Of a stretch of DNA of 48,806 bases, positions 1-8,135 are shown piece by piece (the first letter of the stretch is position 1; every line of letters starts with the position of its first letter). A model generated the notes under the pieces. It did not search any database and was not told where the DNA came from. It worked only from the letters and a program-made list of their open reading frames with translations. A program made the translations under genes and the position numbers. The stretch comes from Terriglobales bacterium (GTDB lineage: Bacteria; Acidobacteriota; Terriglobia; Terriglobales; Acidobacteriaceae): positions 1-48,806 of the forward strand of contig DATJFA010000254.1 in the NCBI GenBank assembly GCA_035496015.1. Reading direction: 5' to 3'.

Positions 1-227
1 GCAGTTTGTAGAGGCGGGCGGCGATTTCGGCATGCAGGCGATTGCTCTCCCGTCGCCATGCCCCCTGCACTTGCTCTTCACTTTCTGTGCCCACTTTTGT
101 GCCCACTCTCGAGAGGAAATGGTATCAGACCGTATCACTCAAGGGTGGCGAAATTTCCCTGCAACGCATTGAGTTGACAGGTACCAGTGAATACCGAGTG
201 ATACCGCCGCTCCGTAATGGAATACGC

Positions 228-272
<45 letters not shown>

Positions 273-363
273 GCTTTCGTTTCGCTACCGGACAGGTTGC
301 TCCTTCGACGTTGCTCAGGATTTCGGCAGGCGGCTCCCGCTTCGCTCACGCCGCCTAAGCGCC
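273..363 (+). repeat. ~90-nt companion module, copy 1 (follows the tRNA fragment)
   Basis: Near-identical to 3588-3667 apart from a ~10-nt insertion. It contains the hairpin aggcggc...gccgcct. Confidence 0.75.
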
Positions 364-367
364 TCAA

Positions 368-412
368 CTTGGGCGCAGGGGGTCGGAGGTTCAAATCCTC
401 TAGCCCCGACCA
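368..412 (+). repeat. tRNA-Pro(UGG) 3' fragment, copy 2
   Basis: The same 45 nt as 228-272 with one mismatch (c262 vs a402), followed by atttttc. No matching 5' half lies upstream. Confidence 0.7.
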
Positions 413-454
413 ATTTTTCAGCAAACAATGACGAACTCCTGAGCGACAATTCTG

Positions 455-550
455 CCGACCTAACGAAAGGCGCATTGGGTGGGGCGAACGTCCGTCTGTC
501 CCCAGGTTTCGTCCCCCAGGTTTCCGTCCCCAGGTTTCCCAGGTTTCCCC
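455..550. repeat. REP-like composite: half hairpin (…attgggtgggg), gaacgtccgtctgtcccc core and tandem ccaggtttc units
   Basis: The same building blocks recur at 3371-3408 (inverted), 15300-15470 and 15610-15720. Confidence 0.7.
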
Positions 551-566
551 TAGAAATTGCAGGAGT

Positions 567-701
567 CTAGGAACGCATCTGCCCGCCACAGCACCGGCCG
601 CGGCTTCCGCAGCCCCTGCGCATGCACAGGATCATGCAGACAACCATCAAGAACAGAAATACCAGCGGGAAAATCCACCAGAAACCGAACAGGTAGCACA
701 T
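567..701 (-). CDS. Small (44 aa) hydrophobic, Cys-rich membrane protein (below the ORF-track cutoff)
   Basis: ATG preceded by taGGAGGgcaagact. Translation is MCYLFGFWWIFPLVFLFLMVVCMILCMRRGCGSRGRCCGGQMRS: one TM helix plus a Cys/Gly/Arg tail. Confidence 0.4.
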   Translation of the reverse strand: MCYLFGFWWIFPLVFLFLMVVCMILCMRRGCGSRGRCCGGQMRS

Positions 702-1124
702 AGTCTTGCCCTCCTAGCGACAGGACGAATGCCGCTGCGAAAGAGATACAGAGGTGGCCTGTATCTTTTCCAACCGCCATTTCGTCCTGCACTGGTAAAA
801 GCTGATTTGCGGAGGCGCATATGGAAACGTTCAATCCCAAGGGAATCTGGCAAACCTGATCCCCTATTGCCGTATTCGTGGTCGGCGGCTGTGAACCCTG
901 CGCGGAGAAGATGGTCAAGTAAGCTCTGGCGCAAGGCAGTTCGCCGCAAGAGATTGATGAGACGCTGCGGCTCCTGGCTGACATGCAGAGGCGCGACTGC
1001 GTGAAACAGGCGTTGGGACCGGAAGTGGTGGCGCGAATGGAGAAACCACTGGCGGCTGGGCGCAAGGCCCTGGAGCAGGCCATGGCGGCCCAGTCGTGCG
1101 GTACGTGCGGGTGCTCAGCGTCCG

Positions 1125-1697
1125 TCAGTGCTGGTCCCGCTTAGGCTCACAGATGAACACACCCCGGCCGTCGCGTTCGAATTCGCAGGCGGCTTTCAGC
1201 GCCGCCTGCAGTTTGCGGCGGGCCCGGTGCAGGCGCATCTTCACGGTAGTCAGCGGCAACTGCAGTAGTTCTGCGGTCTCATTAGCCGAAAGGCCATCGG
1301 CGTCACACAAGAGAAGAACCGCCTTGTAGGCATCCGACAGCTTGGCGACGTACTGTTGGACACAGGCGCTCATCTCTTCCTGCTGGATAAGGGTTAGCGC
1401 TGAAGGATGTGCCGTGTTGGCGATAGGGAGATCCTCAACGGGTTGAGCGATATGCCGTTCAGCGGCTTTCGCCCGTTGGCGCATGCGGTCAATGCTCACA
1501 TGCGTAGCGACCTGATAGAGCCAGCTCTCGAGCGCTGCAGGGTCCCGCAACGTGTCGCGCTGCCGGTGGGCGCGAATCAAGGTTTCCTGCGCCAGGTCTT
1601 CCGCATCGGCTGCATCCCGTATCAGGTACCGGATGTATCGCGTCAGAGCACCCCGGTATCGCTCAAGTTTTTCAGGAGCATGGGCAGGCGTTCCCAT
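1125..1697 (-). CDS. ECF-type RNA polymerase sigma-70 factor, with no adjacent anti-sigma
   Basis: Region 2 (DAEDLAQETLIRAHRQ...WLYQVATHVSIDRMR) and region 4 HTH (LSANETAELLQLPLTTVKMRLHRARRKL). A ~25-aa C-terminal tail carries 2 Cys. Confidence 0.9.
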   Translation of the reverse strand: MGTPAHAPEKLERYRGALTRYIRYLIRDAADAEDLAQETLIRAHRQRDTLRDPAALESWLYQVATHVSIDRMRQRAKAAERHIAQPVEDLPIANTAHPSALTLIQQEEMSACVQQYVAKLSDAYKAVLLLCDADGLSANETAELLQLPLTTVKMRLHRARRKLQAALKAACEFERDGRGVFICEPKRDQH

Positions 1698-1918
1698 GTG
1701 GGTAGTCTACTCCGGAACCCAGACCATACTTCGGGATCGTCGGCATTCACTCCCCACGTGAGCTCGTTGGCCCAGAATACTCAAAGCGCAGCGCCTTCCG
1801 GTGACTGCCGGCTCCGATCACGATCAGCGCTAAATAATTGGGAGTCTTAGGCCGATTCTGATGTCGAAATCAGATTATTCTGCAACTAGCGTTTACCTGC
1901 ACAGGTGCTCAATCTTCC

Positions 1919-2128
1919 TCACGAGCGCCGAGGATGATACAACCCGAACAAACTTGGGTCACGAATCGTCAGTTTTCCGCAGTCGAAGACGTAGAGCCTT
2001 AAGGACCGGGGCGCCACCGCGCCACCATCTGGTCTTGGCGTGGCACTGCTGCTGTTGCCGGATTGCTGGGCGCTAATGAAAGCCGTAGCGGTACATACAA
2101 CGACGAATAGCAATGAGAACTTCTTCAA
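1919..2128 (-). pseudogene. Truncated N-terminal remnant of a secreted MBL-fold (lactonase-like) hydrolase
   Basis: Signal peptide, then LRLYVFDCGKLTIRDPSLFG, a typical N-terminus of MBL-fold lactonase-like proteins. The ORF stops after 69 aa and no frame continues downstream. Confidence 0.4.
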
Positions 2129-2570
2129 GACGCTTTCGACTATTTTGAGTAAGTGCTCCGGAGTCGCGGTGCCCGGAACTATATCTCAACTCCGATAAAG
2201 GCGTTCACGTATTTTGAGAATCCTGCACCGCCCCTGGTACAAACGGTTAAAGAGTGCTGAGGCGATTTCTTTGCAATTGGTATTTCGGGGCATAATACCT
2301 GCATGCAAAGCCACGGCCATCAAGCTGCCACGGGGGGCATCGGCTGAACAGTCGTGCGACGCAGCCCGTGTATTCCGTCGCGTGATGCTTCGTGTGTCTG
2401 GAGTGCCGCTGGCGTGGTTTTGGGCGTGTCTGTTGCGAGTTGTTTGTGGCACGTTGGGTTGAAGAAATAAAGTAACACTGTTGGTCTCTATAACATCAAC
2501 TTGTAAGATAGGTAGCGGTTTCGGATGGAAGGAATGTCGACCAAACGTCCGAGCCGCGGAGCGGGGACTC

Positions 2571-3356
2571 ATGGAGTGGTGGCTTACCGACCGGAGTCGT
2601 TTGGCAGTACTGGTTATAGCGTGCGCCCTGTTGTGGTCGATCGAGGCTCTGGTCCCATTATTTCGCTATCGATCGGGAAGGTTGCGGCGGGCGCTGCCAA
2701 ACTTGGTACTGGCGCTTGGAGTGGTGCTGGTCAATTTGGCTTTCGCTTCGCTCATGGCTGCATTATCGGGGGTAGTGGTCCGCAACAATTTTGGGTTGCT
2801 CTCCGGAATGCGCTTACACCCCGGGATCCTCTTGGTATTGGGTATAGCCGGTTTGGACCTGTTCGCTTACATCGCGCATTTCCTGTTGCACAAGATGTCA
2901 GCCGGCTGGAGGTTTCACCGTGTCCATCATTCCGAATTGGAAGTGGATGTCACAACCGCCTTCCGGCAGCATCCCGGTGAGACCATTTGGCGAGCACTCT
3001 GGCTGGGCCTCGGGATTGCCGTCTTTGGACTGCCGTTTTGGATCGTTCCTCTCTACCTGAGTATCTCAAGTCTCAATGCGCTTCTGGAGCACGCTAATGT
3101 CAAAATGAGTCACCGCCTTGATCGGTGGTTGCGATTGTTGATCGTCACCCCCAACATGCACAAAATCCATCATTCCCGTCTGGTGGCCGAGACAGATTCG
3201 AATTATTCTAATATCTTTTCTTTATGGGACCGTCTGTTCGCGACACATACGTCGTGGACGGAGTATCGGAACCTTCGCTATGGGCTGAATGGTTTCGACG
3301 ATAAGCGAAAGCAGGGCCTCATGGAATTAATGAGCGAGCCTTTTCGTCCTTCCTGA
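2571..3356 (+). CDS. Fatty acid hydroxylase / sterol desaturase family membrane protein
   Basis: His boxes HFLLH, HRVHH and HKIHH plus NYSNIFSLWDRLF. The ATG at 2571 (MEWWLTD) is preferred over the track's upstream TTG at 2481. Confidence 0.85.
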   Translation: MEWWLTDRSRLAVLVIACALLWSIEALVPLFRYRSGRLRRALPNLVLALGVVLVNLAFASLMAALSGVVVRNNFGLLSGMRLHPGILLVLGIAGLDLFAYIAHFLLHKMSAGWRFHRVHHSELEVDVTTAFRQHPGETIWRALWLGLGIAVFGLPFWIVPLYLSISSLNALLEHANVKMSHRLDRWLRLLIVTPNMHKIHHSRLVAETDSNYSNIFSLWDRLFATHTSWTEYRNLRYGLNGFDDKRKQGLMELMSEPFRPS

Positions 3357-3377
3357 CCAGACCGCTCCAGGGGAAAC

Positions 3378-3408
3378 CTGGGGACAGACGGGACGTTCCC
3401 CAGTTTTT
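3378..3408 (+). terminator. Rho-independent-like terminator formed by a REP unit
   Basis: 7-bp stem ctgggga/tccccag, 12-nt loop, then ttttt, located 22 nt after the desaturase stop. Confidence 0.5.
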
Positions 3409-3554
3409 CACTTGCCACGCAGCCGAACCAATGCCGGGTGGCCTATCCGATACTTGCGGTGCCCTACCGTCTGCTGTTTTGCAAAGGGGAGGAAGGGCAG
3501 GATGGGGCAGAGGCGTTTTCAGACATACGTAGCCAGCCCGGTTGGGGCCTGGAC

Positions 3555-3587
3555 CAAAGTTCGAAAATCGTCTGCTAGGGCCGACCA
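3555..3587 (+). repeat. Degenerate tRNA-3'-end-like sequence preceding module copy 2
   Basis: caaagttcgaaaatcgtctgctagggccgacca resembles the T-arm/acceptor ...ggttcaaatcctctcgccccgacca and is ~88% identical to 4451-4483. Confidence 0.5.
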
Positions 3588-3667
3588 GCTCTCGTTTCGC
3601 TACCTGTCAGGTTGCTCCTTCGACGTTGCTCAGGATTTCGGCAGGCGGCTCACGCCGCCTAAGCGCC
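3588..3667 (+). repeat. ~90-nt companion module, copy 2
   Basis: gctctcgtttcgctacctgtcaggttgctccttcgacgttgctcaggatttcggcaggcggctcacgccgcctaagcgcc matches 273-363. Confidence 0.75.
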
Positions 3668-3724
3668 AAACGTGCCGAGACCTGCGAAACGTGATTACGT
3701 CGCTCGGTGCTGGTAACTTGAAGC

Positions 3725-4282
3725 ATGCTCAAGATCGTCGTTCTGCTGATGTTATTGGCAGCTCCGCAGCTCGATCCTTCGCTCACGCCGCAAAAAGCGC
3801 GCAAACCCACGCTGCCAAAAATTGACGAGAAAGCCTGTCCGTTCGAGGGCTGTCAGTTCGGGGCATGGACAGCCAGTGACCACGTCCAACTGTTCTCGAC
3901 GTGGAAAGAAGATCGCAAGCCCGTTATCACGGTATCCAAGGGGGAAGCGGTCACGGCGATCACCGGCGTTCACATCACGTTCGAGCCATCGGAAATCCAG
4001 GTGACCGCCCCTATTGCCGCTTACGGTCTCAAGCCAGGGGAAACGATTTATGGTTACATGTACAAAGGCGAGGGCGTTTTCAGCGCCTGGTTTAACGGCT
4101 ACTGGGTGGAAGATTTCGACGGAAGCGGGGTGGCAGATGCTGGCTGCAGTCATAAGTGCAATGCGAAGCTACTCAAGGAAGGCCGCGTGGAATGGTGGGT
4201 GGAAATCAAGACCAAAGACGGGATCGTCGGCTGGACAAAAGAAACCGACAAATTCGATGGCAAGGATGCGCTCGGCATCTGA
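3725..4282 (+). CDS. Secreted hypothetical protein (185 aa)
   Basis: N-terminal signal-like MLKIVVLLMLLAAP. The composition is protein-like throughout. I recognise no family. Confidence 0.6.
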   Translation: MLKIVVLLMLLAAPQLDPSLTPQKARKPTLPKIDEKACPFEGCQFGAWTASDHVQLFSTWKEDRKPVITVSKGEAVTAITGVHITFEPSEIQVTAPIAAYGLKPGETIYGYMYKGEGVFSAWFNGYWVEDFDGSGVADAGCSHKCNAKLLKEGRVEWWVEIKTKDGIVGWTKETDKFDGKDALGI

Positions 4283-4303
4283 CCCGTTCTTGACCAACAC
4301 AAC

Positions 4304-4727
4304 TCACGGTTGCGTGATCAAGTAATTCGGTGACCGCCGACCCTTGATAACTGGCGAGAAATCCCCATTACTCTCATTGACCCGGACGAGACCCAAGCCT
4401 TCGGGTTGTAAACTGCTGAAAAAGCACTCCGGACCATTGGGCAGCTGCAGCAAAGTTCGCAAATCGTCCGCCAAGGCCGACCATTCTTCATTCTTGGCCG
4501 TCAGGCAGCCAAAAATTTCCGCACTGCTTTTCGACGCAAGTGTCGATGTGAATCCGCACCAGGTTGATGCCGCAATGTTCGCTTTTCCCCTGTCCATGCG
4601 AACAGCGGTAATAGATATATCGAAACAGCCAATCGCGGCGAGCATCAAATATCTCGCCCTCGACTTGCTGAAGTTCACCCGTGTTGACCAAATCCTCCAC
4701 GACCGCAGTCTCACGAAGCGAGCACAT
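4304..4727 (-). pseudogene. Frameshifted hypothetical gene (two protein-like frames joined at an A/T homopolymer)
   Basis: The frame of 4488-4727 (…CVEKQCGNF) stops just after the aaaaattt run at 4511-4518. A second frame continues from there (…LTAKNEEWSALADDLRTLLQLPNGPECFF…). GC is lower than in the neighbours. Confidence 0.35.
4451..4483 (+). repeat. Degenerate tRNA-3'-end-like sequence, third copy
   Basis: caaagttcgcaaatcgtccgccaaggccgacca differs from 3555-3587 at 4 positions. Confidence 0.45.
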
Positions 4728-4834
4728 TCCAGACAGGCGAAGGCTCGCGTACTTGCTTATACACTTGCTGGCAAAGTCTGAGCGACCTTTTTACCGCATT
4801 GGCGCGTGATAACCACAGTTCGCACCTTCCCGGG

Positions 4835-7800
4835 TTAATTTACCGTCAGCGATATTGGAACGGAGTGGCTTACGCTGCCGGAGCTTCCAGTTACTGTAAG
4901 CGTGTAGGTGCCAGCTGGAGTCCCGGGAGAGGGCGGTGGCGGAGGGACATGGACGCCTCCTCCCCCGCACGAAGGCAGTAGGGCCAGCAGCAGCAGCACC
5001 AGTGCGAGAACCCAAAGCACAGGCCGAATGGTCCGCCGACGAATACCCACTAATGGAAATGCCATGAGCCCCAGGGGCAGCGTAAAGATGGCAGCTGTCA
5101 AGAATGGAAAATTAGGTGGTCGCAAAGCCGCTGTTGCCGCGCTCGTAGAGACGGCTACCTTCACAATGCCACCGTGCAAACCATCGAGTCCCACGCTGCT
5201 CGGCGAGGGATTGCACGTAGATTCCGCAGGAGCCCCGGTGCAGCTGATGGTCACGGTTGTTCCACTGAGGCCACCCAGGGGTAAAACCAGAAGATTGAAG
5301 CTCCCGGATGCACCCGCCTTCAAGACAAGGGATTGCGCGCTGGGAGTAAAGCTGTAATCCACCACGGTTAGAGTCACGAATAGCGGACTGCCCGCGCCGT
5401 TGTAAGAGATAGAGAGCAGGCCGGGGTCATTCTCCGCTGTCTGCGGCATAAACGTAACATCAACCGAGCAAGAGGAGCCGGCAGCGATGGTCGCGCCGGT
5501 GCAGGTGTCGGTTTCGCCAAACGAGTTTGAGGCAACCTGGAACCCGACCTTGGAAATATTCAAAGCCGTGTTTCCTGTGTTCTTCACGGTGACAGTTTGT
5601 GTGCCTCCAGTTGTTGCTTGAAAGGTCAGATTTGTAGGCGTCACGCTTGCCAGTGGGGTGGCTGCGGCAGATAAATCAATTTTTGTGAGAAACGCGTTGG
5701 TGCAGCAGGTAAAGCTACTCGACAATCCTCCGGCGAGCAGCGGGAAATTAACCGAGGCCGTCCACCCCGTTATGTACACGTGGCCGGTTGAATCCAAAGC
5801 CGCACCGCAGCCAAATTCCCGCTCAGATCCACCCAGGTACGAGCCAAAAACCAGGGCGGAAGTCTTGAGGTTTACAACCCCGATGTAACAGTCGTTCCCA
5901 CCGTTATAGGTATCTTGAATGGCGTTGGCCAGTGGAAGCCCGGCAGTGTTACCTTGGCCGGCGACATATATATTTTCCGACGCGTCCACCGCGAATCCGC
6001 TTCCCGCAGGCAGGCCGGGAGCGGAATAGATTAGGGAGGAGCCTGCAGTATTGAACTTCGCGTAGAGCGACCCGCCGGCGACATAAGCCTCTCCCAACGC
6101 GTCAACACCTACAACCGTCGCGCCCAGATTGCTGCCGGCGGAGCCAAAGTAAGTGGAGTAGTCCAAGGTCGAACCGCCAGGAGCAAATTTCGTGAGGAAG
6201 CCATTGAAACCGGTTCCGCTCAGCGTTGCCTGGTATGGATTTTTCGTTGGGAAATCTGTGGCAGCCGTACCGCCGGCGACATAGATTGCGCCCGTGCTGT
6301 CTACCACGACCGACGACGCAAAGTTACCACCTGTCGTCCCGCCGAGGAAGGTAGAGAAAACCAGCCCACTCCCGTCAGGCTTGACCTCAGTAACGAACGC
6401 ATCGCCGGAAATACCTGGGCTGGCGCCTCCGTTGTTGACGGTTTGGAAGGCGCCGGGAGTAGTGGGGAAATCGCTTCCGCTGGCAAGCCCAGCCACGTAC
6501 GCGTTCCCGGCAGAATCCACGGTAATCGCATAGCCGACGTTTATCCCCGCCTTTCCTCCCAGATATGTCGAGTAGACGAGTTTTGAACCGGTGGGATTCA
6601 GCTTGCTCACGAACGGAATGCATCCCTGCGTGTCTTCCAGCTTTGTCTGGAAAGCCCCCGTCGTAACGGGGAAGTCCGTTGCCGTGGTATATCCCGTCAA
6701 ATAGACGTTATCCGATGAATCGAGAGCGATAAACGGCCCACTCTCGCCGCCAATTCCGGTGTTGGTCGTTCCCCCAAAGTAGGTGGTGTAAACCAGCGCT
6801 GAACCGGTCGAATTCACCTTCGCCACGAACGCCACGCCGCCGGTCGTGTTGGAAGCGCCGGGAGTGGTGGGGAAATTCGGTTGGTTCGTCGGCCCGGTGA
6901 TAAACAAGTTTCCCGAAGAGTCCACGGCCATACTGGAGCCGGACCCCTGAAAACCAAGGAAGGTGGAGTAGACCAGGCCGGGATCAATCACCAGCGGCTG
7001 CGATTTGTCATATGGACCAAGCTCGAAGCGAACTTGGTTTGAGGATGTCAGGACAAAGTGACCACGTACGGACCTGGTATTCCTGGCAACAGATTGTGAA
7101 CTTGTACGCGTGGTGGAAACCTTCGGCTGATACACCACCGGCTTAGTCAACCGGAGGGCACTCGAGCCCCCTTCGATGAGGACATTGCCCGTCTTATCCA
7201 TTCGCAGCCGCGGCAGGCGTTGCCCATCTGATGCGCCTTCGAAACCCAGCGCGATGACGCTGGGATCAGCTCCGGGCTGGACGACAAAATCGTACTCAAG
7301 CTGCCCTTCACGGCTGTAATAAACCAGGTCAATGCCCGGATAGACATTCTTGTAGCGGACATTTGAATAGGTTGGAATGTTGCTACGCCAGTTCTTCTGA
7401 TCGTTCCCGACGAAATAGTTGACCTTACCCGGGAGTTCATCCATCCCCGAAAATTCGGGTGTCGGATTAGCACCGACTAACCGCATGCGCACAAGATCGT
7501 TGGTTGAGTGCTCTTTCTCCGCGCTCCCCGGCCACGGACGGCTCCGACGTGACAATGCGTGATGCTCTTCCTTGAGATCTCTGCTTCCCGATTTCTGAGT
7601 ATCGAGTGAAAGTAGCGCTTCCGTCTGAGTCAAAAATAGGGTGTAGCCAGGCCCATGAGTGAGGAATTTGACTTGTTCACTCGCCTGTCCCTGGTTAACT
7701 TCGAAGCTCAAAGGCAGTTTGCCGTAGCTTCCTGCCAAGTGCGCCTTTGCTGCTCCAGCAATCGAACTGGGCCTGAGGATCGGTTGGATATTCGCTTGCT

Positions 7801-7909
7801 TGGCGGGTTTGGGCGCATGCTCGGAGAGTGCGGCTCCGCCTGTGGACACCGGCAGCAATGCCAGTCCCACCCCGGCCAGGGCACCCAGAATCTGTCGACT
7901 CAGCGGCAT
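4835..7909 (-). CDS. Large secreted SBBP beta-propeller-repeat protein with an Ig-like/choice-of-anchor-like domain and an unusual C-terminal anchor module
   Basis: Repeated DSSGNxYxTG…DFPTTxGAFQ units (SBBP type). The ATG at 7909 has the SD gaggag and starts a signal peptide (MPLSRQILGALAGVGLALLP). The C-terminus has two hydrophobic segments and ends in GTYTLTVTGSSGSVSHSVPISLTVN. Confidence 0.9.
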   Translation of the reverse strand: MPLSRQILGALAGVGLALLPVSTGGAALSEHAPKPAKQANIQPILRPSSIAGAAKAHLAGSYGKLPLSFEVNQGQASEQVKFLTHGPGYTLFLTQTEALLSLDTQKSGSRDLKEEHHALSRRSRPWPGSAEKEHSTNDLVRMRLVGANPTPEFSGMDELPGKVNYFVGNDQKNWRSNIPTYSNVRYKNVYPGIDLVYYSREGQLEYDFVVQPGADPSVIALGFEGASDGQRLPRLRMDKTGNVLIEGGSSALRLTKPVVYQPKVSTTRTSSQSVARNTRSVRGHFVLTSSNQVRFELGPYDKSQPLVIDPGLVYSTFLGFQGSGSSMAVDSSGNLFITGPTNQPNFPTTPGASNTTGGVAFVAKVNSTGSALVYTTYFGGTTNTGIGGESGPFIALDSSDNVYLTGYTTATDFPVTTGAFQTKLEDTQGCIPFVSKLNPTGSKLVYSTYLGGKAGINVGYAITVDSAGNAYVAGLASGSDFPTTPGAFQTVNNGGASPGISGDAFVTEVKPDGSGLVFSTFLGGTTGGNFASSVVVDSTGAIYVAGGTAATDFPTKNPYQATLSGTGFNGFLTKFAPGGSTLDYSTYFGSAGSNLGATVVGVDALGEAYVAGGSLYAKFNTAGSSLIYSAPGLPAGSGFAVDASENIYVAGQGNTAGLPLANAIQDTYNGGNDCYIGVVNLKTSALVFGSYLGGSEREFGCGAALDSTGHVYITGWTASVNFPLLAGGLSSSFTCCTNAFLTKIDLSAAATPLASVTPTNLTFQATTGGTQTVTVKNTGNTALNISKVGFQVASNSFGETDTCTGATIAAGSSCSVDVTFMPQTAENDPGLLSISYNGAGSPLFVTLTVVDYSFTPSAQSLVLKAGASGSFNLLVLPLGGLSGTTVTISCTGAPAESTCNPSPSSVGLDGLHGGIVKVAVSTSAATAALRPPNFPFLTAAIFTLPLGLMAFPLVGIRRRTIRPVLWVLALVLLLLALLPSCGGGGVHVPPPPPSPGTPAGTYTLTVTGSSGSVSHSVPISLTVN

Positions 7910-7976
7910 AAATGGCTCCTCTGCGGACGCTTGTTTGGCCACGGCGTTCCCTGCGTCCTGGAAAGTGCGTCCTTCC

Positions 7977-8007
7977 TATTACACGGACACAGCTTGACTT
8001 TTTTCGC
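7977..8007 (-). promoter_or_regulatory. Candidate ECF-type promoter motif upstream of the SBBP gene
   Basis: The minus strand reads gcgaaaaaagtcaagctgtgtccgtgtaata. It matches 10270-10300 at 24 of 31 ungapped positions, including an exact gtccgtgtaata block. Confidence 0.4.
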
Positions 8008-8135
8008 TAGAAACGTTTTTACGGACATCAGCTACCGAGCTCACGCCGGCAAAAAAACCAGCGTGAGCTTCGGGGTGCGTAGTGTGCATCGGGTTGCATA
8101 CCGTTCAGGTCGGGTGCCGCCGGCCAAGCCGGGCT

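Noticed and set aside
1-106. Possible minus-strand ORF starting at GTG (104-106) and running off the left edge (MGTKVGTESEEQVQGAWRRESNRLHAEIAARLYKL…).
   Set aside because: Only ~35 codons are visible, there is no recognisable motif, and the start context is weak. Too little evidence to call.
499-550. Tandem ccaggtttc units and the various heptamer arrays, considered as CRISPR arrays.
   Set aside because: The units are 7-14 nt with no unique spacers, far below CRISPR repeat/spacer dimensions. No cas genes are in the window.
550-1083. Track ORF 550-1083 (-), 177 aa, as a candidate anti-sigma downstream of the ECF sigma.
   Set aside because: The composition is rich in Cys/Ser/Arg and there is no zf-HC2 or TM pattern. 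It looks like an out-of-frame reading of GC-rich DNA.
821-1142. Protein-like plus-strand frame (METFNPKGIWQT*SPIAVFVVGGCEPCAEKMVK*ALAQGSSPQEIDETLRLLADMQRRDC…CGTCGCSAS) convergent on the ECF sigma gene. I considered a selenoprotein or read-through.
   Set aside because: The frame has two in-frame stops (TGA 857-859, TAA 920-922). TAA cannot encode Sec, and no CxxU-type context or SECIS-like hairpin was seen. At best it is a dead gene remnant. The longest uninterrupted piece from an ATG is only ~53 codons.
8038-8069. 9-bp perfect hairpin agctcacgc…gcgtgagct downstream of the 226-aa gene, considered as a terminator.
   Set aside because: The U-run is in the loop rather than after the stem on either strand, so it is not a canonical intrinsic terminator. 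Its function is unclear.
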